A stretch of 64,000 nucleotides of DNA from Heterodontus francisci (lineage: Eukaryota): the NCBI RefSeq assembly GCF_036365525.1, contig NC_090415.1, positions 14,012,001 to 14,076,000 of the forward strand, in the 5' to 3' direction. Shown piece by piece: positions 53,180 to 64,000 of the stretch. Each line of letters begins with the position of its first letter. Position 1 is the first letter of the stretch. Below the pieces are notes generated by a model, which was given only the letters and a program-made list of their open reading frames with translations, was not told the origin of the DNA and made no database searches. Position numbers and translations under genes: made by a program.

Positions 53180-53700
53180 TGATGAACAGCTACAGAATGA
53201 ATGTCATTCATAAAAGTGGGAGTTCCAGAATTTGGGCTGAGTGATGATGAAGGAATGGTGTTATATTTTTGAAGTCAGGATGTTGTGCAAACTGGAGATG
53301 AAATTGCAGGTGGTAATGTTCTTATAAGCTTGCTGCCCATGTTCCAGTCAGTAGCAGATGTCATGGGTTTGGAAGGTGCTGTTGTACGGTACTTCCTCAG
53401 GTTGATGCAGTACATCTTTTAGATGGGACACACTGTGCACTGGTGGGTGGAGGGAGTAAATACATAACCTGGTGAATGGTAAGATAATCAAGCCTGCTGA
53501 TTTGTCCTGGATGGTATCAAGCTTCTTCAGTGTTTTTGGAGCTGCACTCAACCAAGCAAGTGGAGAGTAATCCATCAGAATTCTGACTTGTGGCTTTTAG
53601 GTGGTGGAAAGACTTTGGGAAGTTAGGACATGAGTTACTCATCACAGAATTCCCAGTCTCTGACCAGCCCTTGAAGCCATAGAAGTAATATGGCAGAAAA
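53180..53700 (-). mobile_element. LINE 3' fragment of the same family as 2305-5545
   Basis: MDYSPLAWLSAAPKTLKKLDTIQDK. Confidence 0.75.
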
Positions 53701-54459
53701 AAGAGTAAATCCTATAGTCATTTCCCATAAAGCAACATGCACATAAGAATGGTCATGTGCAAACAAGATACTGACATGCCTTGGACACAAGCTGCAATCA
53801 TTAATCATAGGTTCGTGGAGACAGAATAAAACCACAATCACATACCAGTAACTGAGAGGTACATAGTAAAATTCACATTCACATGTCAGGAACAGAAAGG
53901 CAAAGAAAAACACTTGCTGGCAAATCCAATACAGACAGACACAGAGTAAGAGCCACATTCACATTCCAGAGACTGACAGATCAAGAGTAAACACTCCAAT
54001 TAATTACAAGTAACAAACAAGAACAGAATAGAATACATACTTGCATTTTAGTATCTGACAGGTACCCAGAATAAAATACACATTCACGTATCAGAAACTG
54101 ACAAGTGAAGAGTAAAAGTCACAGTAATATGTCACAAACTGACAGATACAGGGTGATCTCACATTCAGTTGCCAGATTATAAAAGGTAATGAAAAAAATC
54201 TTTCTTCCAGACCTGAAACTGACAGGCACAGAATAAAGGAGCGACTGACATTGCAGTAAGTGACCAGAATGAGGAAAATCCATATTCACATGTCAGAAAC
54301 TGACAGTTGAAGAGTAAAATCTGAAGTAACATCACACTCTGACAGATATGGATTGATGTCACAATCACTTGCCAGCAACTAGCAGGTACAGAGTAAAGAT
54401 CTTTATTCCATACCAGAAACTGACAGTTACAAAGAGGGATGAGGTCATGCAACATGAAC

Positions 54460-57197
54460 TTCAAAAGCAAGGTAGCAGATTAAAGAAAAGGGGTCCACAA
54501 AGGTTGTAATCGCTGGATTACCCCCGCTGCCACGTGCAGGTGAGTATAGGAATAGGAGGATAGAGCAGATGAATGTGTGGCTGAAGAGATAGTGCAGGAG
54601 GGAGGGCTTTAATTTCCTGGATCACTGGGTCTGTTTCTGGCCAAGGTGGGAATTGTACAAGTTGGACAGATTGCACCTGAACTGGATCAGGACCAACAGC
54701 CTTGCTGGGAGGTTTGCACGTGCTTTTGGGGGAGGGGGGTGAGGGGTGGTTGCAAACTAATTTGGCAAGGGGGTGGGATACAGAGGGGAGGTGCAGTAAG
54801 GGTTGATGCACAGTCAAATATAGAAGAGAAACTGAGTCAGTCTGGAAGGCAGCAAAATTGCAGACATGTTAAGACACAAACTAACACTGCAAGGCTGGAT
54901 TGCATCTATTTTAACACAAGGAATCTTACTAGTAAGGCAGATGAATTGAGGCCATTTATTAACACATGGGAATATGATATTATTGTTTTCACGGAGACAT
55001 GGTTGAGCGAAGGGCAGGACTGGTAGCTCAATATTCCAGGGTATTGAATCTTAAGGCATGACAGGGGAGGGTATAAAATAGGAGGTGGCAGTGCACAGTT
55101 GATCAAAGAGTCAATTACTGTATAAGGAGGGATGATATCTTCGAACATTCCTCAAATGATCCATATGGGTAGAACATAAATACAAAAAGGGGGTAATCAC
55201 TTGGCTGGGAGTGTACTACAGGCCTCCAAACAGTCAGTGAGAGATAGAGGAGCAGATATGTAGGCAAATCTCAGAGAGGTTTAAAAATAATAGGGTAATA
55301 ATTGTAGTGGATTTCAACTTACCCAATATCAACTGGGATCGTCTTAGTGCAAATGGCTTAAAGGAGGCAGAATTCTTAAGGTGCATACAGGAGATCTTTT
55401 TGAGCCAGCAGGTAGAAAGTCCGACCAAAGAAGGAGCCGTGCTTGACCTAATCCTAGGGAGTGAAGCCGGACAAGTGGGAGGAGTGTCAGTGGGGGAGCA
55501 TTTCGGGGATAGTGGCATTAACTCTGTAATATTTAAGGAAGTTATGGAAAAGGACAAAGAGGGACCAGAAATAAATGTACTCAATTTGGGGAAGACCGAT
55601 TTCAATATGATAAAACAGGATCTGGCCAAAGTGGACTGTGAGAAGCTACTTATAGGAAAGTCTGCATCAGACTAGTGGGAGTCATTCAAAAAGGAAATAA
55701 TGAGAGTTCAGGGTCAACATGTTCCCATAAAGGTGAAGCGTAGGACCAACAAATCCAGGGAACCCTGGATGTCAAGGGATATAGAGGATTGGATAAGAAA
55801 AAAAAAGAGGCTTAGGGCAGAAAACAGCGGAGGCCAGAGGAGTATAGAAAATGTCAGGGAGTGGGTGAGGGGGGAGGTGGTAATTAATAAAAATATTTAA
55901 TAATAAGCAGAGTGAGGAGGTGACTTGAAAAAAAAAATGGTGTCTAACAAACTTGATTGAATTTTTTGAGGAGGTGACTAGATGTGTAGATGAGGGTAAG
56001 GCAGTTGATGTTGTCTACATGGACTTCAGTAAGGCTTCAGATAAGGTCCCACATGGGAGATTGGTTAAGAAGGTAAGAGCCCATGGGATCCAGGGCAATT
56101 TGGCAAATTGGATACAAAATTGGCTTAGTGGCAGGAGGCAGAGGGTGATGGTCGAGCGTTGTTTTTGTGAGTTAAAGTTTGTGACCAGTGGTGTACCACA
56201 GCGATCGGTGCTGGGACCATTGCTGTTTGTAGTGTACATGAATGATTTAGACGTGAATGTAGTAGAGATGATCAGTAAGTTCGCAGATGACACGAAAATT
56301 GGTGTCATAAATAGTGAGGAGGAAAGCCTTAGATTACAGGATGATATAGATGGGCTGGTAAGATGGGTGGAGCAGTGGCAAATGGAATTTAATCCAGAGA
56401 AGTGCGAAAATGTGAGGTGATGCATTTTGGGAGGCCTAACAAGGCAAGAGAATATACAATGAATGGCCAGATCCTAAGATGTACAGAGGGACTGAGGGAC
56501 CTTGGTGTACTTGTCCATAGATCACTGAAGGCAGAAGCACGGGTAGATAAGGTGGTTAGGAAGACATATGGGATACTTGTCTTTATTAGCTGAGGCATAG
56601 AATATAAGAGCAGGGAGGTTATGAGGGAGCTGAATGAAATGCTAGTTAGGCCACAGCTGGAGTACTGTGTACAGTTCTTGTCAACTCACCAAAGGAAGGA
56701 CGTGATTGCAATGGAGAGCGTGCAGAGGAGATTTACCAGGATGTTTCCTGGGCTGTGGCATTTCAGTTATGAAGAGAGACTGGATAGGCTAGGGTTGTTT
56801 TCCTTGGAGCAGAGAAGGCTGAGGGGGGAACTGATTGAGGTATACAAAATTACACGGGACATTGATAGTACAGATAGGAAGAAAACGTTCCCTCAGTGGA
56901 GGGATCAACAACCAGGGGAGATAGATTTAAGTAATGGGCAGCAGGTTTAGAGGGGACTTGAGGAGAAAATATTTCGCGCAGAGTGTGGTTGGAATCTGGA
57001 ACACACTACCTGAAGGGCTGGTAGAGGCAGGACCCCTCATAGCATTTGAGAAGGATGTCGATGAACACGTGAAACGTCATAGCATACAAGACTATGGGCC
57101 AAGTGCTGGAAAATGTGATTCGAATAGATTCATGCTTGATGGGAGGCAAAGACACAGTGGGCCAAAGGGCCTGTTTCTGTGCTGTATAACTCTATGA
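54460..57197 (+). mobile_element. CR1 LINE (end of ORF1, APE, internally deleted, RT, 3' UTR)
   Basis: FTETWL, DFNLPNINW, VLDLIL, VYMDFSKASDKVPH, KFADDTK, LEYCVQF. Confidence 0.92.
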
Positions 57198-58429
57198 CAA
57201 ATGTAAAGGAAAGCCAACATTCACATAGCAGAAATTCACAGATCCAAATTGAATCCACCATACAGTTCAGCAGAAAGTGACAGGACAGAAAAAACACACA
57301 CTCACATACCAGAAATTGGCATACAGAATAAAATTCACACGCCCGTATCAGAAACTAACTTGTACAGATGTAAATCCACAATCATACAGCAGAGAATGAG
57401 ATGTATGACTAAACCCAGCTTCTGACACTTGAGGCTAACGTACACAGAGTGAAAACAATGCTCATGTCTCATACCAGAAACGGCCAGCTGTAGATCACAA
57501 CCCACACTCACATATCAGAACTGGCAGGTACCTTGTAAAATATCTCTTAATGAACCACTGACAGGGAGACAATACAGTCCACATTCGTTCATCAGAAACT
57601 TACAGATACAGATAATAAACAGTACTTACATACAACAGATTGAAAGAAACAGGTTAAAACCCATCCTTATATGTAGACATCTGATGGGTACAGAACACAG
57701 GTGAGGCCTCCAAACCAGAGACTGACATGTCGAGTGAAAACAACGCTGGCATGTCATCAATTAACATGTGCAGTGTAAAGCTACACAAAAATGCCACTTA
57801 CTAACAGGTACAGAGACAAAATCAAACAGCCCTTCATACCAGAAACTGACAGGTGCAGATTAAAATCCAAATTCACAATTCAGAAATTAACAGATAAAGA
57901 GAAATGCCCAGACTCCAAAATCAGATATTAACAGATGCATAACAAAACCCACACTCACAGAACAAAACCCATCATCACCCATTTAGAAACTGAATGTTAC
58001 GGAGAAAAATAAAACAGAATCACCTATTGAAGATTGAAATTATTGAATGAAATGACCAAATCATTGACCATAGATTGACAGATATGGAGTAAAAGCCACG
58101 GGTAAATATCACATACTGATGGGCACAGAATGAATCCCACACTCACATGTCCGGCAGGGAAGGACAAATATTTTGCGACCCAGAATGTCCATGCATTTCC
58201 TCCTGCCATATTCCACATATGTGACCAAATAGATGCTTTTGTTAACACCTCAAAAACATCATCCCTGCCAGTGTTATCATATTATATTTGATCAATTATT
58301 TCAACTCCACAACCCTCCATATTTTTTCAGACCTGTCTTTCCTGAATATTTGTCGCCAGTAATAATAAGTTCCCTTGCCTCGCCTCGTTTCAGCCAGAAT
58401 TATGTAATGGTCACGATATAAATCTTTCA

Positions 58430-59506
58430 GAATGAAAACAAGAAATGCTGGATATACTCAGCTGGTTTGGCAGCATCTGTGGAGACAGAAGCAGAGTTAA
58501 CATTTCAGGTCAGTGACCCTTCTTCAGAACTGGTAAATATTAGAAATGTGAAAGGTTTTAAGCAAGTAAAGCGGGGGTGGGGCAAGAGATAACAAGGGAG
58601 AAGGTGTAGAAAGGAAAATGTCACAGAATAGCTGACCAGAAGGTCATGGAGCAAAGGCAAACATTATGTTCATGGTGTGTTGAAAGACAAAGCATTCGTA
58701 CAGATAGGGTGTTAATGGATGAAAATTGAACAGCCGCAAGTACAAATATGAAAAAAAAGTGGGTAAGCAAACTGAACCAACTGAGGTGATATTAAATAAA
58801 ATAAATATAAAAAGGAAAGAATAACTAAAAATAAAAGTAAATTGGGGGGCCCGTCATGCTCTGAAATTATTGAACTCAATGCTCAGTCTGGCAGGCTGCA
58901 TTGTGCCGAATCGGTAAATGAGATGCTGTTCCTCGAGCTTACCTTGATGTTCACTGGAACACTGCAGCAATCCCAGGACAGAGATGTAAGCAGGGGGGAG
59001 TGTTGAAATGACAAGCAACCGGAAGCTCGGGGTCCTGCTTTCGGACTGAGCGGAGGTGTTACGCAAAGCGGTCACCCAGTATATGTTTGGTCTCCCCAAT
59101 GTAGAGGAGACCACATTGTGAGCAGCGAATACAGTATACCATATTGAAAGAAGTACAAGTAAATCGCTGCTTCACTCGAAAGGAGTGTTTGGGGCCTGGG
59201 ATTGTGAGTAGAGAGGAGTAAAATGGGCAGGTATTACATCTCCTGTGATTGCAGGGGAAGGTGCCATGTGAAGGGGACAAGGTGGTGGGGGTAATGGAGG
59301 AGTGGACCAGGGTGTCGCGGAGGGAATGATCCCTTCGGAATGCTGACAGGGGAAGGGAGGGGAAGATGTATTTGGTCGTGGCATCACGCTGGAGGTGGCA
59401 GAAATGGCGGAGGATGATTCTTTGGATGTGGAGGCTGATGGGGTGGAAAGTGAGGACAAGGGTATCCTCGGTTGAGGAAAAAGGAAGACATATCAGAAGC
59501 GCTGTC
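58430..59506 (-). mobile_element. Penelope-like element 3' part (GIY-YIG endonuclease) with 14-bp TSD
   Basis: PCNHRRCNTC...FTCTSFNMVYCIRCSQCGLLYIGETK...DRF. ATATAAATCTTTCA at 58416-58429 and 59507-59520, present once in the left arm at about 14.58 kb. Confidence 0.92.
58495..58531 (-). ncRNA. Minimal type I hammerhead ribozyme motif of the Penelope terminus
   Basis: Minus strand AGTT-CTGAAGA-AGGGTCACTGACCT-GAAA-TGTT-AACT: catalytic boxes, stem II, and stem I AGTT/AACT. Activity untested. Confidence 0.65.
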
Positions 59507-59609
59507 ATATAAATCTTTCATGTGGTTACTTTTGACTGCAGCTGACCAACCTTATTTGGCACGCTACATGGAGATAAGGAATGCACTTCAATGCTCGCAT
59601 TTGCCCCAC

Positions 59610-60572
59610 TCTAAGAACAAAGAAAATTACAGCACAGGAACAGGCCCTTCGGCCCTCGAAGCCTGCGCCGATCCAGATCCTCTATCTAAACATGTCGCCT
59701 ATTTTCTTAGGGTCTGTATCTCTTTGCTTCCTGCCCATTCATGTATCTGTCTAGATACATCTTAAAAGACGCTATCGTGCCCGCGTCTACCACCTCCGCT
59801 GGCAACACGTTCCAGGCACCCACCACCCTCTGTGTAAAGAATTTTCCACGCATATCCCCCCTTAACTTTTCTCCTCTCACTTTGAACTCATGACCCCTAG
59901 TAATTGAGTCCCCCACTCTGGGGAAAAAGCTTCTTGCTATCCACCCTGTCTATACCTCTCATGATTTTGTACACCTCAATCAGGTCCCCCCTCAACCTCC
60001 GTCTTTCTAATGAAAATAATCCTAATCTGCTCAACCTCTCTTCATAGCTAACGCCCTCCATACCAGGCAACATCCTGGTGAACCTCCTCTGCACCCTCTC
60101 CAAAGCATCTACATCCTTTTGGTAATGTGGCGACCAGAACTGCACGCAGTATTCCAAATGTGGCCGAACCAAAGTCTTATACAACTGTAACATGACCTGC
60201 CAACCCTTGTACTCAATACCCCGTCCGATGAAGGAAAGCATGCCGTATGCCTTCTTGACCACTCTATTGACCTCCTATGCCACCTTCAGGGAACAATGGA
60301 CCTGAACACCCAAGTCTCTCTGTACATCAATTTTCCCCAGGACTTTTCCATTCACTGTATAATTCACTCTTGAATTGGATCTTCCAAAATGCATCACCTC
60401 GCATTTGCCCTGATTGAACTCCATCTGCCATTTTTCTGCCCAACTCTCCAATCTATTTATATTCTGCTGTATTCTCTGACAGACCCCTTCACTATCTGCG
60501 ACACCACCAATCTTAGTGTCGTCTGCAAACTTGCTAATCAGACCACCTATACTTTCCTCCAAATCATTTATG
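59610..60572 (-). mobile_element. 5'-truncated CR1/HER1-type LINE, right-arm specific
   Basis: [34 protein letters not shown]. The empty site is at about 14.48 kb. Confidence 0.92.
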
Positions 60573-60889
60573 TATCTGACACCCACTATACTGGACGATT
60601 CGGTCCTGTTGATGGACGGAAGTGCAGAGGGGCGCTACATCCTGATAAGGAAGGGAACTATAGAGAGTGAAAAAAGAGACGAGTTCGTACTAGCAAAATA
60701 GAAATGGTTGATGAGGAAGAGGGACTCAGCAAGTCACTGACATAGATGGATAAGGGCGGGCAAAGGGGGGTTTGGACGATCTGACTGCTGCGACAGTTTG
60801 TGTCTGTGAGAAGCACAAAATGTGATTTGTTACTTTAGATACCCAATCAGATCGATACAGAACATCAGGCAATGACATCATTGTAAACC

Positions 60890-60955
60890 AGCCAATCATG
60901 AACATGGCCTTCTCCCATCCTTCATTAGCATAGGGTTCTGGGGATGTCTATAAAA
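60890..60955 (+). promoter_or_regulatory. H2B promoter: CCAAT, ATTAGCAT, TATAAAA
   Basis: CCAAT at about 60892, ATTAGCAT at 60924-60931, TATAAAA at 60949-60955. Confidence 0.75.
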
Positions 60956-61008
60956 TGCGAGCTTGGAGCGATATTTCGGTTATTCTGTGTCTGAAGTTGA
61001 TAGTGATC

Positions 61009-61389
61009 ATGGTTGATGAGAAGAAAACAGCAGCACCTTCCAAGAAGGGTGCCAAGAAAGTTCTGAAGAAGGCGCCAGTGAAGGGCAGCAAGAAACGGAG
61101 AAGATCCAGGAAAGAAAGTTACTCCATCTACGTGTACAAAGTGATGAAGCAGGTTCACCCTGACACCGGCATCTCCTCCAAGGCCATGAGCATCATGAAT
61201 TCGTTTGTGAATGATATTTTCGAGCGAATCGCGGGTGAGGCTTCCCGCCTGGCCCATTACAACAAACGCAGCACCATCAGCTCCCGGGAGATCCAGACCG
61301 CCGTGCGCCTGCTGCTGCCCGGGGAGCTGGCCAAACACGCCGTGTCGGAAGGTACAAAGGCGGTCACCAAATACACCAGCTCCAAGTAA
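61009..61389 (+). CDS. H2B: Histone H2B (126 aa), right copy
   Basis: MVDEKK...TKYTSSK. Stem-loop GGCTCTTTTAAGAGCC at 61429-61444. Confidence 0.98.
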   Translation: MVDEKKTAAPSKKGAKKVLKKAPVKGSKKRRRSRKESYSIYVYKVMKQVHPDTGISSKAMSIMNSFVNDIFERIAGEASRLAHYNKRSTISSREIQTAVRLLLPGELAKHAVSEGTKAVTKYTSSK

Positions 61390-62384
61390 ATATCCGCAAT
61401 GTACTGAAACACACCCAAAACACAAAAAGGCTCTTTTAAGAGCCACCCACAACTTCTCTGAAAAAGCTACAACATTGTCTGTATAGTATCGACTTATATT
61501 GATTTATATATCAAGTGTCCTTGCCTTTGTGATCTCTGTTTTACTCCCATAGATTCTGGTTAATGCAGTTTCACTGCCCGTGCGATCTTTCTGTCTCTAA
61601 CTAATAATGTCCCGTACATAAATTACTGACCACTGAGCATTTGTGAGGTTTGTTCTCGGACGTGTTCATATTCGGCCCCTTTTCTGTATTTCGACAATAC
61701 AAGCTGATTTAACGCACATACATCAGTTCGCAGTCACTTATTTCCCTAGTTCAAGTTTGACCTCAAAAATTAATAATTACATTATCTGGAACCCCGGGTG
61801 GTGTCGGAACCCTCCGTCTCACACGCTGACACCTGACACTGAAAATCTACACTCCGCTGTTGTCTCCCACGAATAACAAACAATCGTTCATCAGTGATGC
61901 GGTATTATTATGAAAATTGACATGAAATGTGCCCGGTTGGAGAATGTTGTGAAAGAGACTTTCTGCCCGCTGGTTTCAAAAAGGACAGAGTAAACCCGAA
62001 TAGATGTCAGAATGTAAAAGCCAATCTGGAACTTGTTACCAAATGTAGAATAACACAATATGAAAAAGGTTTTATTTATTTAACCGTAAAAAAAGAACTA
62101 TAAATGCGATATTCTATATTGAAGCCGCCCCAATATATTGGCGGGCTTTTCAAATTTGAAAAATCGGTTGCAGTCTGACAATTTGGCGCCGTTATTTTCC
62201 GCCCTCATCTCCTTGGCGTCTCCTGATTGGTGAATTCAGCAGCTCTCCGATTGGTTACATGAAGAGCACAGAGCAGAGTGACCAATCAGCAGTGCCCACC
62301 ACTCCATTCCTCCAGAAGGTACAAGGAGGAGGAATGTGGGCGGATCTCAACATTCTTCGTGAAAGTGCTTGTGAGATTGTGGAA

Positions 62385-62774
62385 ATGTCTGGAAGAGGGA
62401 AGACCAGTGGGAAAGCTCGGTCCAAGGCCAAGTCCCGCTCCTCCCGAGCTGCATTGCAGTTCCCGGTGGGCCGTGTTCACCGGTTCCTTAAAAAGGGCAA
62501 CTATGCTGAGCGGGTGGGTGCCGGAGCCCCGGTCTATCTGGCTGCTGTGCTCGAGTATCTGACAGCTGAAATCCTCGAGCTGGCCGGCAACGCGGCCCGG
62601 GACAACAAGAAGACCCGTATCATCCCCAGACACCTGCAGCTGGCCGTCCGCAACGACGAGGAGCTCAACAGGCTGCTGGGAGGTGTGACCATCGCACAAG
62701 GCGGGGTGCTGCCTAATATCCAGGCCGTGCTGCTGCCCAAGAAAACCAGCGCTCCGAGCACGAAGGGCAAGTGA
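62385..62774 (+). CDS. H2A: Histone H2A (129 aa), right copy
   Basis: MSGRGKTSG...[16 protein letters not shown]...[11 protein letters not shown]. Stem-loop GGCTCTTTTCAGAGCC at 62805-62820. Confidence 0.98.
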   Translation: MSGRGKTSGKARSKAKSRSSRAALQFPVGRVHRFLKKGNYAERVGAGAPVYLAAVLEYLTAEILELAGNAARDNKKTRIIPRHLQLAVRNDEELNRLLGGVTIAQGGVLPNIQAVLLPKKTSAPSTKGK

Positions 62775-63183
62775 AGCTGCCAGACCTGAATTTGACAAAC
62801 CAAAGGCTCTTTTCAGAGCCACCCACTTTATCTGTGAAAGGGCTGGTTACTGTCTGAGAGACGGTAATGTTATACTGTTCGCGTTATTTTGTGTTGCTAT
62901 GAATTGTACTGGAATCAAGCATTTATCTGCTCATCAGATGGAATGCATTTTAATTTTCTCTTGCCATATTTGTAAGGCTTTTTTTTTTCAATTCTACCGT
63001 TTATATGCCACTAAGGCGTGTCTTGAGTTCTAAAATGAGCTACTCTGATAAAATGACTTGTATACAATGGTGTCACTGCTCTCACACTCAGAATTGCAAG
63101 GTCTTGAAATTCCCAGCTGCAATATGGAGACAAAGGAATCTGGGTCACTCTGCTTCGAGAGTTATCAGTGGACAGTAAAGAGG

Positions 63184-63319
63184 GTGGTCAAATCCTTCTG
63201 AGACGTTTATGTGCTGGAATCAACAAGAGATAACAGCTCTATCTTTTGCCAATTTGATGTCTCTTTGAAGAGCCGTTGTGTTATCTGATGCCAAACACAG
63301 TTCCGGGCAGGGTCAGTTT
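63184..63319 (-). pseudogene. Orphan H3 3' UTR, stem-loop and HDE remnant (coding sequence missing)
   Basis: Reverse complement of 11495-11630. The stem-loop has decayed to GGCTCTTCAAAGAGAC (63259-63274). Confidence 0.85.
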
Positions 63320-63409
63320 TTTTTTCAGGGCAGTTGTTTCAAAGAAGCTGAAGGCGGATTTTAAAAGAGATGTTGCGTTTCGTGTTTTATTTCTGTACAT
63401 TGTGGAGAT

Positions 63410-63508
63410 TTACAAGGAACTGGGATAATTCGTCAGTGTTTTTGTCCCTGCCAAGGCGGCGTGCTTGGAGAACTCCCCGGGCAGCAGCAGACCCATTGCG
63501 GTCGATAT
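63410..63508 (-). pseudogene. Decayed H2B C-terminal fragment
   Basis: Translates ISTAMGLLLPGEFSKHAALAGTKTLTNYPSSL* versus H2[34 protein letters not shown] decayed 3' UTR and stem-loop follow at about 63350-63409. Confidence 0.85.
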
Positions 63509-63547
63509 GTGTGTACACAAATCACAAGATCCAAATGATTGTAGACT

Positions 63548-63564
63548 GATGCCATCTACTGGTT
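63548..63564. promoter_or_regulatory. CTCF-like motif
   Basis: TGCCATCTACTGG matches the vertebrate CTCF core. Confidence 0.45.
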
Positions 63565-64000
63565 AAAAGTGAGTCATGCAAGAATATTCCCATTCCTTCA
63601 GAAATATCTGAAATTGGAGAGGAATAACATCGAGTGTGTTGGGGGCAGATTCAATCGAGACCCTGAAAACAGAATTGGATAATTATATCAAGAATAAAAC
63701 AAAACTGCAGAGCAATGGAGAAAAGGCGGGTCGGTGGGAGGAGGTGAGCTGGGCTTGCAGAGAGCCGGCCACGACACGACGGGCTGAATAACCAACTTAA
63801 TAGAAACATTGGAGCACGAGTAAGCCATTCCGCGCTTCGAGCCTGCACCGCCAGTCAATATGATAATGGCTGAGCATCCAAACTCAGTTCCCTGTTCTCG
63901 CTTTGTCCGCGTATCCTTTGATCCCTTTGGACATAAGCGGGGATCATTTTAGAAATAAAGACACGCTTTAGTAGTACATAGAGTCACAGAGAGATACAGC

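Noticed and set aside
45069-63319. Right arm as an uncollapsed haplotype of the left arm
   Set aside because: Too many substitutions, amino-acid changes and old arm-specific TE insertions for alleles.

Overview
Vertebrate DNA, very likely from a shark or ray: the repeats are CR1/HER1-type LINEs, HE1-like V-SINEs and Penelope elements. The window holds a replication-dependent histone cluster, H1> H4> H3> <H2A <H2B, at 7.3-13.7 kb, and a second H2B> H2A> pair at 61.0-62.8 kb. All seven intact genes are intronless and carry a 3' stem-loop. The two clusters are the outer ends of a large, old inverted duplication (left arm about 11.5-32.7 kb, right arm about 45.9-63.3 kb), with a 200-N scaffold gap between the arms. 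The right arm has lost its H3 coding sequence and ends in a decayed H2B fragment. Most of the histones depart from the usual vertebrate sequences: H4 Ser1Thr, a divergent Cys-containing H1, H2A with His or Phe at position 33, and H2B with an atypical N-tail. The rest is nested retroelements, a dispersed ~40-bp degenerate satellite, a 2-kb GA tract and local duplications. It also holds Penelope ends with minimal hammerhead-ribozyme motifs and a duplicated NRF1-type promoter/first-exon module of an unidentified transcript. Repeat boundaries were placed by eye and are approximate; no alignments or searches were run.
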